In this document: positions 9,846 to 20,952 of the stretch, in pieces
How the letters are laid out: every line of letters starts with the position of its first letter
Numbering within the stretch: position 1 is the stretch's first letter
Assembly: GCA_963789445.1 (NCBI GenBank)
Contig: CAWBKS010000001.1
Span: 1,947,846-2,011,845 of the forward strand
Reading direction: 5' to 3'
DNA length: 64,000 nucleotides
DNA from: an uncultured Actinomycetes bacterium
GTDB lineage: Bacteria > Actinomycetota > JAICYB01
The notes under the pieces: generated by a model
What the model saw: only the letters and a program-made list of their open reading frames with translations
The model's database searches: none
Told to the model about the DNA's origin: nothing
Position numbers and translations under genes: made by a program

Positions 9846-10534
9846 CCAGGGTGCTGGTGGTCGACGATGAACCACAGATCGCTCGGGCGCTCGCCGTGAA
9901 CCTGAAAGCCCGCGGTTACGAGGTCGACATTGCGGGATCAGGAGAGAAGGCGCTGGACCTTGCCGCCAAGTTGCACCCGGACGCGATCATCCTCGACCTC
10001 GGGCTCCCGGGGATCGACGGCACCGAGGTCGTGAAAGGACTGCGCGGCTGGAGCTCGGTTCCCATCATCGTTTTGTCCGTCCGCGATGGCGAACGCGACA
10101 AGGTATCCGCGTTGGATGCCGGGGCCGACGACTACGTAACGAAGCCTTTCGGGATGGACGAGCTCCTTGCGCGTCTTCGTGCCGCTGTTCGTCGAGCCAC
10201 CCCGGATTCGGAAGAAGCCCTCGTTGAAACCGAACACTTCAAGGTCGACCTATCGGCCAAGCGAATATCGACACGGAATGGCGACCTCCGTCTCACTCCG
10301 ACGGAATGGCATCTGGTCGAAGTGCTCGTGAGGAACCGCGGCAAGCTCGTTTCCCAGCGACAGCTCCTGCAAGAGGTATGGGGGCCCAAGTACGAGGACG
10401 AGACGAACTACCTGCGCGTCTTCATGGCGCAGATCCGCCGGAAGCTCGAGCCGGATCCAGCGCGGCCCCGCTACTTCATCACCGAGCCGGGCATGGGATA
10501 CCGCTTCATCGGCGACGAAGCGCAGAAGTCTTAG
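9842..10534 (+). CDS. kdpE: KdpE response regulator
   Basis: VLVVDDEPQI, LDLGLP, ADDYVTKPFG, YLRVFMAQIRRKLEPDPARPRYFITEPGMGYRF. Confidence 0.9.
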   Translation: MTRVLVVDDEPQIARALAVNLKARGYEVDIAGSGEKALDLAAKLHPDAIILDLGLPGIDGTEVVKGLRGWSSVPIIVLSVRDGERDKVSALDAGADDYVTKPFGMDELLARLRAAVRRATPDSEEALVETEHFKVDLSAKRISTRNGDLRLTPTEWHLVEVLVRNRGKLVSQRQLLQEVWGPKYEDETNYLRVFMAQIRRKLEPDPARPRYFITEPGMGYRFIGDEAQKS

Positions 10535-10567
10535 GAACTTCTCATCGTTTCGTCACACGGCGCTCAC
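10529..10567 (+). promoter_or_regulatory. Four OmpR-type half-sites (MprA-box-like) upstream of the YceI gene
   Basis: TCTTAG 10529, TCTCAT 10540, CGTCAC 10551, GCTCAC 10562 at 11-bp period. Confidence 0.45.
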
Positions 10568-10609
10568 CCACTGCGGTAAACCTCGATCGGGACGCTAAGG
10601 AGACCCTTC

Positions 10610-11311
10610 ATGAACAGGAATCGATGGTTGCTCGCGCTCGCTCTCGCCCTAGTGGTCGGCGGTGGGATCGGGACGTGGTTGTACGTACGCGGTGATGCCC
10701 CGGAGGAAGTAAGTCTTAGCACGGACCCGCCGACGTCGAAGGGGTCTTTCGGTGGAAACTTCGAAGGCAAGTGGACTGTCGACTCGCAGACCGGCTCCCT
10801 GGAGGAAGGAACGTCGTCGTTCGCCGGCTACAGGGTCCAGGAAGAGTTAGCCGGCTTCGGGACTAACACAGCGGTTGGCCGCACTCAAGACGTCTCCGGC
10901 GAGATGACCATCGAGGGTACGTCCATAACTGACGTGTCCGCCGAGGTCGACATGACTACTCTGCGCAGCGACCGCGACATGCGCGACAACACCCTGCGGA
11001 GTCGAGGCCTTGCAACCGGTACATATCCGACCGCCACGTTCGAGCTGTCTGAGCCGATCGTCATTGGTTCAACCCCTGAGTCGGGCCAAACCATCAATAA
11101 GACTGCCACCGGCGACCTGACGATCCATGGCGTGACGAAGAAGGTAGAGATTCCAATACAAGCGAAGTGGATGGGCTCGGCGATCGAGATCGCCGCCAGC
11201 TATGAGGTGGCCTTGTCCGACTACAACATCGAGAAACCGGTCGTCGGACGGGTACGCAGCATCGCGGACACCGGAAAGCTCGAGTTGCATCTCCTCTTTA
11301 CAAAGGCCTGA
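10610..11311 (+). CDS. YceI family polyisoprenoid-binding protein, membrane-anchored
   Basis: N-terminal TM; FAGYRVQEEL, VDMTTLRSDRDMRD, GDLTIHGVTK; AAGGAG RBS. Confidence 0.85.
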   Translation: MNRNRWLLALALALVVGGGIGTWLYVRGDAPEEVSLSTDPPTSKGSFGGNFEGKWTVDSQTGSLEEGTSSFAGYRVQEELAGFGTNTAVGRTQDVSGEMTIEGTSITDVSAEVDMTTLRSDRDMRDNTLRSRGLATGTYPTATFELSEPIVIGSTPESGQTINKTATGDLTIHGVTKKVEIPIQAKWMGSAIEIAASYEVALSDYNIEKPVVGRVRSIADTGKLELHLLFTKA

Positions 11312-11317
11312 CAAGCG

Positions 11318-11356
11318 TCCTAGGTAACTCTCATCGGACCTTCAGGCCGGACTCAT
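11318..11356 (+). promoter_or_regulatory. Second set of four OmpR-type half-sites (MprA-box-like)
   Basis: TCCTAG 11318, TCTCAT 11329, CTTCAG 11340, ACTCAT 11351 at 11-bp period. Confidence 0.45.
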
Positions 11357-11419
11357 GACCATCGGCTTTCATTCGCTCGCGGGCACACAAGGTGCTCGTA
11401 AAGAGCGAAGGAGGTAGAT

Positions 11420-12034
11420 GTGCAGATCTCCCGCAAGATGCTTATCGGGCTCGTCCTGGGAGCAGCAGTAGTCGGTTCCGTCGGATCGGTCGCCGCGCAG
11501 ACAGACGATCCATCGCCGAGCCCCTCGGCCGAGGTGGAGAGGGCACCCGGCGAAGGGATGGGCTTCGGCCCCCACGGTCCGGGTCACGGCAAAGCCATCC
11601 GTTCGACGGCCGTGCTCGAGCCCGAGGAGGAGGGCGGTGAGTTCCGGACGGTCCAGACATACTCCGGAACCATCGAGTCGATCAACGGAAGCACGCTGAC
11701 CATCGCGCAAGCCGACGGTCAGAAGGCCGGGGTAGGTGTGACGGACGACACCGATATCCGCCGTGACGGTGAGGAGGCCGAGCTCGGTGATCTCAAGGTC
11801 GGCGATCACGTCCGCACTCACCAGATGAAGGAAGGTGACGGCGAGTTCGTTACCGAGCACGTCGGCGCACTCTCGGCCGAGAAGTACGCCGAGATGGAGC
11901 AGCAGCGGCAGGCGTGTGAGGACGACCCTTCGGCCGACAACTGCGGACCGCGGTTCCACCGCTTCGGTGGACCTGGCGCGGTCGCGCCCGGTGACGGGCC
12001 GGTCACTGAGGAGAGTTCGGCCTCAGCTGCGTAA
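11420..12034 (+). CDS. Secreted protein with OB-fold-like (DUF5666-like) domain
   Basis: AAGGAGG RBS, signal peptide ending AAQ, GTIESING...TDDTDIRRDGEEAELGDLKVGDHV. Confidence 0.65.
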   Translation: MQISRKMLIGLVLGAAVVGSVGSVAAQTDDPSPSPSAEVERAPGEGMGFGPHGPGHGKAIRSTAVLEPEEEGGEFRTVQTYSGTIESINGSTLTIAQADGQKAGVGVTDDTDIRRDGEEAELGDLKVGDHVRTHQMKEGDGEFVTEHVGALSAEKYAEMEQQRQACEDDPSADNCGPRFHRFGGPGAVAPGDGPVTEESSASAA

Positions 12035-12057
12035 CTCGCATTTCCCCGCCCCTGCCC

Positions 12058-12101
12058 GAAGACCCGTCCGGCTTGTCACACTCCCGGGCGGGTCTTCATT
12101 T
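12058..12101 (+). terminator. Stem-loop terminator
   Basis: GAAGACCCGTCCGG / CCGGGCGGGTCTTC stem followed by ATTT, 24 nt after the stop codon. Confidence 0.6.
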
Positions 12102-12116
12102 GGGGAAACTATCTTC

Positions 12117-13091
12117 GTGCGTTTCGTGATCTACGGAGCCGGCGGGATCGGAGGCGTCATCGGCGGACGCCTGCACCAGAGCGGACACGAGGTCGTCCTC
12201 ATCGCGCGCGGTGCCCACTACGAAGCGATCCGGAGCAAGGGCCTGAGACTTCAGTCCGCAGATGAGGACATCGTCCTGAAGATCGACGCATTCGACCATC
12301 CGAGCAAGGTCGACTGGAACGACGACGACGTCGCGATACTCGCGATGAAGTCACAGGACACGCCGCCGGCGCTCGACGCGTTGGCGTCCGCCGCTCCGCC
12401 TTCGATCTCCGTAGCTTGCGCGCAGAACGGCGTCGCCAACGAACCCGCCGCGCTCAGGTATTTCGCGAACGTGTACGGAACCTGCGTGATGTGCCCGACC
12501 AACCATCTCGAACCAGGGATCGTTCAGGCGTACTCATCACCCGTGTCGGGGATCCTGGATACCGGTCGCTACCCGGACGGCGTCGATGACATCGCCCGCT
12601 CCATCACCGAAGCGCTATCGAAGTCGACGTTCGTTTCCGAGCCGCGGCCGGACATCATGCGATGGAAGTACGGCAAGCTCCTCATGAATCTGGGCAACGG
12701 GATCGACGCCCTGTGCGGAGCCGGCGCACGCGGTGGCGATCTCTACCGGATGCTTCGCAGCGAGGCCGTCGACGTGCTCAACGCGGCGGGCATCGACTTC
12801 GTCGACCGCGACGAGGATCGCGAACGCCGCGGCGACATCATGACGATGAAACCGATCGGCGAAGCGATGCGCGGCGGCGGCTCGACATGGCAGAGCCTGG
12901 CCCGGGGGCTCACCAGCGTCGAAACCGATTACCTGAACGGAGAGATCACCAAGCTCGGACGCCTTGACGGCATCCCCACGCCCGCGAACGCCCTTATGCA
13001 ACAAGTGATGCGTGAAGCCGTTCGCGACGGCGTGCAGGCCGGCTCTGTTTCGCCAGACGATCTACTTGCACGCGTCGGCAGTGTTGCCTAG
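12117..13091 (+). CDS. Ketopantoate reductase family protein
   Basis: RFVIYGAGGIGG, AQNGV, WKYGKLLMN, STWQSL, ETDYLNGEI, PTPAN. Confidence 0.85.
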   Translation: MRFVIYGAGGIGGVIGGRLHQSGHEVVLIARGAHYEAIRSKGLRLQSADEDIVLKIDAFDHPSKVDWNDDDVAILAMKSQDTPPALDALASAAPPSISVACAQNGVANEPAALRYFANVYGTCVMCPTNHLEPGIVQAYSSPVSGILDTGRYPDGVDDIARSITEALSKSTFVSEPRPDIMRWKYGKLLMNLGNGIDALCGAGARGGDLYRMLRSEAVDVLNAAGIDFVDRDEDRERRGDIMTMKPIGEAMRGGGSTWQSLARGLTSVETDYLNGEITKLGRLDGIPTPANALMQQVMREAVRDGVQAGSVSPDDLLARVGSVA

Positions 13092-13717
13092 GTCGGATCG
13101 CGTCCCGTAACGCCCCAGGCCACCATGTGTGCCGTTGAGCGACGCACGTCGTCGAGCTTGATTCCCCAGAACTCGTAGCCGTAGCGGTGCTCGGCAACGT
13201 GCGCAAGCAACGAAACAACCGTTGCCGCCTGAGCCCGAGGCTCGAACCGTCGAGTCGCCGGCCCGGATGATCGCGTCTCGCAGCTCGTCGGTCACCTGGC
13301 TCAGCAGGTGCGTTCGGATGTTGCGGAACCGAAGGTCGCCCTCCGACGTCGCCAGATCGACGACGCGAAGGATCGCGTGATGCCGTTCCCAGAGATCGAC
13401 GAACGCGTCGACGAGCTTCAGCGCGGCGTCGTTCCCGTCCGTTTTCCAGTCGCCGGTCCGGATCAATCTCGACGATCCTCGGCCCTTCGTCGGTCAGCTC
13501 GCGCGCGAGCTCGACCAGCGCAGCTTCGACGTCGGTGAAGTACTGATAGAAGGTCCCGGTCGACGTCGTCGCGCGTCGTGCGATCTCGACCACCGTGATG
13601 TCGCGATACGAGGACTTGTCCAGCAGATCGGCCGTCGCCTTGAGGAGCTTCGTCCCGCGTCGCGCGCCCGCGCCGTCCCGGCACCCGTCCGTCGACCGCT
13701 CGCAGCTCGGCGCTCAT
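13088..13717 (-). CDS. TetR family transcriptional regulator (frameshifted)
   Basis: HTH VVEIARRATTSTGTFYQYFTDVE; helical C-terminus in ORF 13062..13466. Confidence 0.7.
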
Positions 13718-14340
13718 GAGCCAGGCTTCGATCACTTCGTCGGTCGTCCACGATCGTCGCCAGCAGCGAAAGCGTGTTGTCGATGACCGCGTCCGCGTAC
13801 TCAATCGGGATGCCCGCGACGGCATCCCGCGGCAGCACCACCTGGTAGCCGGCGTTCACCGCGTCCATCACGAGGTTGGTGATACCGATGTTCACCGACG
13901 CACCGATCGCAACGATGGTCCTCACGTCGAGGTTGCGCAGGATCGGATCGAGGTCGGTGTCCCACATCGGGCCGATCCCGTGCATGCGCATGCTGATGAT
14001 GTCGGTGTCCTGCGGGCTCGAACTCGTCGATCACGTCCGTAGCTTCGGTTCCCGGTTGCGAGGACGATACCCGACTTGCGAGCCGCACCGAACAGCCGTG
14101 CGTTCGTGTTGTAGCCGCGCCCGTCCGGACGCCGCGCGGCGATGCAGTGGACCACGTTCACGCCGGCGGCTCGCGCCGCCTTCAGCAGGCGCGCCCCGTT
14201 CGGGATCATTTCGGCCCGGGCGATCTCGGCCAGCTGCGGGAAGACGACGTCGTCGCCGAGCACGCCCTTCTGGCACTCCTGCGTAACGACCGCCGTGTGG
14301 GCGGGATCGATCAGGTCACGCAGGTCGGTCGGCCACTCAT
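13714..14340 (-). CDS. Cysteine hydrolase / isochorismatase family protein (frameshifted)
   Basis: DPAHTAVVTQECQKG, TDLDPILRNLDVRTIV, DAVNAGYQVVLPRDAVAG. Confidence 0.75.
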
Positions 14341-15266
14341 CAGCCCATCGGCAGCACGAAGCCGGCGAGCGGTTCGCGTCCTCTCGAAGGCCGGTCGCCA
14401 TCTCCTTGGCGAGGCCCTCGGCGGTCCAGCGTCCTTCGGTCTCGAAGCGCTGCTCGACGCGCGGTCCCTGCAGGAGCGACACCTGGTTGCCCCAGACGAT
14501 GAAGACCTGCCCGGTTACTTCGCGCGCCGCCGGCGATGCGAGGAACGAGACGAGCGGCGCCACGTTCTCAGGAGCCCACACGTCGAACGCGCCTTCCTTC
14601 ACTTCCTGCCGCGAACATCTCCGGCATGCGACGTCGTCGTCATCAACGTGCGAGCGCGCGGCGCGATCGCGTTCGGCCGTCACGCCGTACTTGACCATCC
14701 CGTTGGCCATCGACGTCGTGAGCGACGATGATCCCGGCCTTCGCCGCTGCGTAGTTCGGCTGTCCGGGCGAACCGAACGAGCGCTGCCTCGGACGTCGTG
14801 TTGATAATGCGTCCGTAGACCTCCTGGCCTTCCTTTGCGCGATTGCGCCAGTACGCGGCGGCGTGACGCATCGTGGTGAAGTGGCCCTTGAGGTGGACGC
14901 GGATCACGGCGTCCCACTCGGCCTCCTCCATGTTGAAGATCATGCGGTCGCGAAGGATCCCGGCGTTGTTGACGAGGATGTTGAGGTCGCCGTACCTCTC
15001 GACAGCGTCGATCGATGAGTGACTTTGCGTAGTCGTAGTCGGACGACATCGCCGAAGTGAGCGTCGGCCTTGCCGCCGGCCGCTTCGATCTCGGAGACGA
15101 CGTCGTTCGACGGGTCTCGTCTCGGGTTCGATCCGTCCAGCGCGACACCCAGGTCCTGGACGACGACCGTCGCTCCCTGCTTGCCGCAAGCTCGATCGCC
15201 TCGGCCCGGCCGAGCCCTCGGCCCGCGCCTGTGACGATCCGCGACCTTTCCGTCGAGAAGTCCCAT
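14340..15266 (-). CDS. SDR family oxidoreductase, 3-oxoacyl-ACP reductase-like (frameshifted)
   Basis: MGLLDGKVA, LVNNAGILRDRMIFNM, VHLKGHF, PENVAPLVSFLASP. Confidence 0.8.
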
Positions 15267-15269
15267 ACC

Positions 15270-16438
<1,169 letters not shown>

Positions 16439-17654
16439 CTAGGACCTCCTCGTGTCTTTGAACGGTACTTCCTTGTCCGGGCGCGGCTCCCGTGGGAGAC
16501 CGAGCACGCGCTCGGCGATCGCGTTGCGCTGCACTTCGTCCGTTCCGCCGCCGATGTGCAGCGACGCCATGCCCAGGAAGCGCTGCTGCGGCGACCTGGA
16601 CGCCGGTCGCCGTCCCGCGCCAGACAGCGTCCCTGCCGCGCCGAGCAACTCGATCGCGCGTCGTCGCCGTGGCCGTGCCCAGCTGCGCCATGAGGATCTT
16701 GATGACCGAACCTTCGGCTTCTGGGATCTGTCCGGACAGGAGCTTCGTCTGCACTCGCGTGTTCAGAACGTCCAGGATCTTCTTGCGCGTGATAGACGTC
16801 GACGAGCCGCTGACGGACCAAAGGATCGGCGTTCTTGCCGCTCTGCCTGCGCGAGTTCGACGACCTGCTCGAACGGCATCGAGAAGCTGCCGATGCCGCC
16901 GCCGATCGACGAGCGCTCGTGCAGCAGGGTCGTCATCGCGACGCGACCAGCCTTCGCCCGGCTCGCCCACGCGATCCGCGTCGGGGACCACCACATCGTT
17001 GAAGAACACCTCGGCGAAGTGCGCGCCGCCGTCGATCTGACGCAGCGGACGCACCTCGACGCCGGGCGCGTGCATGTCCAGAAGAAGGATAGACGAGCCC
17101 CTTCTGCTTGGGTAGGTCCCAGTCGTGGCGCGCGACGAGCAAGCCCGCGGTCCGACTCGAGAGCGCCGGAGCTCCAAACCTTCTGTCCGTTGACGACCCA
17201 GCCGTCGTCCGTGACGTTCGGCCTTCGTCGCGATCGCGCCGAGATCCGAGCCGGCGCCGGGCTCGCTGAAGAGCTGGCACCACGGCCTCGTCGCCTCGCG
17301 CGATCTTCGTCGAGGTATTTGTCCTTCTGCTCCGGTGTTCCGCGCGCGATGATCGTCGGCCCGGCCAGTCCCATCCCGACGAAGTCGAAGATGAACTGAG
17401 CCCGGCCGCGGACTTTGCACTGGTTCCAGATGAGCGACTCGACCATGCCGAGGCCGCGTCCGCCGAACTCGATCGGGCCACGTCGGAACGCCCCAGCCGT
17501 GCTCGTACGAGGTATCGCTGCAACGATCGGCGCTGCTCGCGATCGAGATCCGACGGTCCTCGATGCCTTCGTGCGCCCTCCACTTCGGCAGGTGCTCGTC
17601 GAGGAACGCCGTCGCTTCTTCGCGGAGCGCTTCGTGGGTGGCGTTCTCCACCAT
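16439..17654 (-). CDS. Acyl-CoA dehydrogenase (frameshifted)
   Basis: WCQLFSEPGAGSDL, NGQKVWSS, VRPLRQIDG, FAEVFF, IGGGTDEVQRNAIAERVLGLP. Confidence 0.8.
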
Positions 17655-18828
17655 CAGCCCTTCTCCAAGATCAATGCGCTGGACGGGACACCCGTCCCGG
17701 CAGTGACGAGAACGTGTTCTACCGTGTCCACCTGGTTGGACGACGTCCCGCGGATCTGCCGCACGCCCTCGGCGATCCCGTTCATGCCGTGGATGTAGGC
17801 CTCGCCGAGCTGGCCGCCGTTGGTGTTGGTGGGCAGCTTGCCGCCGATCTCGAGGTGGCCGTCGCGGACGAACTCCTTCGCCTTCACCTCTCGCGCAGAA
17901 GCCGAGGTCCTCGAGCTGGATCAGCACCAACGGAGTGAAGTGGTCGTAGAGGTTGGCGACCTGCATGTCGTCGGGACCGAGACCCGACTGCTCCCACAGC
18001 TGGTCGGCGACGATCTTGACCTCCGGCATGCGTCGTGATCTCGTCGCCGTAATAGGACATGACGGTCTGCTGTCCCGGCGGGAGCTCCCTGTGCGGCGGC
18101 GGCGACTACGGCAGGTTCCTGCTTGAGGTCCTTCGCACGCTCGACCGATGTGACGACGACAGCGACGGCGCCGTCCGACTCTTGGCAGCAATCGAGGAGA
18201 CGAAGCGGCTCGACGATCCAACGGGAGTCCTGATGATCTTCGAGCGTGATCGGCTTTCCGTAGAAGAAGGCGTGCTCGTTGTTCGCCCGTGCTTGCGGTC
18301 AACCACGGCAACACGTCCGAAGTCTTCACTCGTTGCCCCGCTCTCGTGCATGTAACGCCGTGCACGTATGGCAACCCATCCGGCGGGAGTGACCAGTCCG
18401 AACGGGATGTACCCATGAGTACCGGACGATGGATGCCTTGGGCGACGTCCCCCACCCGGACACCCCACCACCACCGAGACGCTGCCACGACCGTCCGTTG
18501 AGCGAGCGGTAGCAAACGACGACGTCGGCGACGCCGGTTGCTACGGCCATCGCCGCCTGCTGCACCGTCGCGCATGCCGCGCCGCCGCCGTACTCGACTC
18601 GGCTGAAGAACCTGAGGTCGCAGCCGATGTTGCCGCGCGATGTCCGTCTCTTCGTTGCCGTCCATCGAGAAGGACGACATCCCGTCGACGTCGTTCGGCT
18701 TCAGACCGGCGTCATCGAGAGCCGACAAGCGTGGCTTCGACGGCCATCCGCAGCTCGGTGCGCTCGGAGTCCTTCGAGAACTCCGTGTGTCCGATGCCGA
18801 CGATGGCGGCCTTGCGCGAAAGCGTCAT
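17654..18828 (-). CDS. ltp2: Ltp2-like steroid side-chain aldolase / lipid-transfer protein (frameshifted)
   Basis: LSRKAAIVGIGHTEFSKDS...ELR, LYDHFTP, NTNGGQLGEAYIHGMNG, VLVTAGTGVP. Confidence 0.75.
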
Positions 18829-19540
18829 GAGGACTCGATCGCGGTCATATCGCGGTTCATGAAGCGGTTGTGCCACCAGGACTCTTCGATGATGGTCCAC
18901 AGAGGTCCGATCACTTGCGTCTCGTGTCCCGGCGGGGGGTAGCCCACGCCCTTGGTGACGATCGGACGCACGAGCTCTTCGGGCGTTAACGCGTCGACTA
19001 TCTCGTTCAGCAGCCCCCGCGATCTTTCCAGACCGCCAGTGCTTCCTCGAACGATGGCTTGGCATCGGGGTCGCAGGACATGCCCGGCGCGGTTGGCGGC
19101 AGGAAGGTTGGCGCCAACGCGATGGGGTCGAATGGGTCGTTCTCGCCAAGCAACGCACGCTTGATCCAAGCGTCGAAAGCGAAGATCAGGTGACGGATGG
19201 TCTCTACGACCGACCACTCATCGTCCACTCGTTGGTTGCGTTGTTCTTCCGTCAGCGCACGCGCGCGCTCCCAGGTCGCCTCTAGCTGGGCGAGGACGAT
19301 GTCGACGCCCACTCTCATGGATGCGGGATCGGCGCCAAAGAGCTTCTTGCGTTCAGGATTTGTGCGGTCAATCTCTCGACGCATCAGTGGCCCGATCTCA
19401 ACGTCGTTTATTACGAGACCATCGACGCGGCCCGAGATCTTCGCGTTGAGGAGGTCTATGTCCCTCATCCGTGCGCCGGCCAAGCTGACGTTGCGGATGT
19501 GGGCGTTCGACCAGTTCTTGTTCTCGATCCGTTCGGTCAT
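18825..19540 (-). CDS. DinB family protein with N-terminal pentapeptide-like repeats (one frameshift)
   Basis: WSNAHIRNVSLAGARMRDIDL, EWSVVETIRHLIFAFDAW, IIEESWWHNRF. Confidence 0.7.
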
Positions 19541-20547
19541 GTAGCGAGCTCGGCTCCCATCCGGGCCAACGTCGGCGTTGCTGCTCCAAAACAAAGCTCG
19601 ATGTCCTTGGCCCACAGCGTGTATCGGAAAAGCGGGTAGTCGATGTCGGAGCCCATGCCACCGTGTAGGTGTTGCGCGGCCGAGACGACGCGTTGCCCAC
19701 CTTCGGCGGCCCAGAACTTCGCGATGGACACTTCTCGCTCCGCATCCAACCCTTGCTCGATCCGCCATGCGGCCTGCCACATCGTCCAGCGCATGGCTTG
19801 GACGTCGATGTAAGCGTCGGCGGCACGCTGCTGTACGGCCTGGAATGTGCCGAGCGGACGATCGAACTGTTTGCGCTCGGTTGTGTAGGCCGCCGTCAGC
19901 TCGAGCGCGCGCTCGGCTACTCCAACACCGACAGCACACAGCGCGACGGTGGCTCGTTCGCGCAAGTGCCCAGGGATCGGTGTTGATCTTCGTTGCCGGA
20001 GTCTCCAAGAACCGAACTGCAAACACCGGGATCTGGGTAGTTGCGATCCGAGCTTCACTTTCGAGATCGGCGCCCTGCGTGAGGAAGACGCCGGGACCGG
20101 ACGGACGTCGAGGCTGTGACGACCACTGCGGAGCCTTGGTCGAGCGGCGGGGACGCCAACCTTCTCGCCGGTCAGCACCCACGATCCGTCCCGTTCCTCA
20201 GCGTTAGTGGCCACCGCGAATGCGTCGTCCGCGCCCGGCTCGTCCAAAGCGAGAGTGACGATTCCATCAGTCGATCCCGCGGCGCCGCTTCCGATCAGAT
20301 GCGACCAGAGTGGAACTGGTGCCACAGCTCGTCCCTGCTCGATGAGCACAATGCATTGCTCGATAAGTCCGGCCTCGGATCCGAGCGACGTAATGCCCGC
20401 TTGGTCCAGCGCAGACCACAGATCGGAGTCGAAGCTCTGGCCTCCGGCCTCCAATTCCTTTAGGCGGTCGTGCGTCGCGTGTTCAGTGAATACGCGACGA
20501 GCCAGCTCTGCGAGGGACTTCTGCGTGTCGTCGAAGTTGAAGTCCAT
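19537..20547 (-). CDS. Acyl-CoA dehydrogenase, ChsE1/FadE28- or FadE27-like subunit (internal compensating frameshifts)
   Basis: MDFNFDDTQ, ERKQFDRPLGTFQAV, QHLHGGMGSDIDYPL. Confidence 0.8.
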   Translation of the reverse strand: MDFNFDDTQKSLAELARRVFTEHATHDRLKELEAGGQSFDSDLWSALDQAGITSLGSEAGLIEQCIVLIEQGRAVAPVPLWSHLIGSGAAGSTDGIVTLALDEPGADDAFAVATNAEERDGSWVLTGEKVGVPAARPRLRSGRHSLDVRPVPASSSRRAPISKVKLGSQLPRSRCLQFGSWRLRQRRSTPIPGHLRERATVALCAVGVGVAERALELTAAYTTERKQFDRPLGTFQAVQQRAADAYIDVQAMRWTMWQAAWRIEQGLDAEREVSIAKFWAAEGGQRVVSAAQHLHGGMGSDIDYPLFRYTLWAKDIELCFGAATPTLARMGAELAT

Positions 20548-20952
20548 CAGCGCACCTTGAACTGCGGGAGAACAAGGTCCCCTTCGAATGATCTCGAACG
20601 TAACCTCGACCGGCATACCGATCTCGAGCGCATCCGCTTCGATCCCGACGATGTTCGAGATGAACCGCACGCCTTCCTCGAGTTCGATCAGACCAACCAC
20701 GTTCGGGTAGTCGAAGCCGGGGACGGGTGGGTAGTGGTGGATCGCGAAGCTGTAAACGGTCCCCCGTCCCGATGCTTCCGTTGCTTTCCACTCAAGAGAC
20801 GCGCACGTCGGACAAGCTGGACCGGGTGGATGTCGCAGTTTGCCGCACTGGTTGCACTGCTGAATCAGCAACTGGCCGTTACGGGCGCCCTCCCAGAAGA
20901 ACGCGGTATCCGCGCTCTGCGCTGGATGAGGACGAGCAGGTGTTTGCGTCAT
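20547..20952 (-). CDS. Zn-ribbon/OB-fold DUF35 protein (ChsH2 C-terminal-like)
   Basis: FFWEGA, CNQC...HPPGPACPTC, GRGTVYSF, ELEEGVRFISN, IGMPV. Confidence 0.8.
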
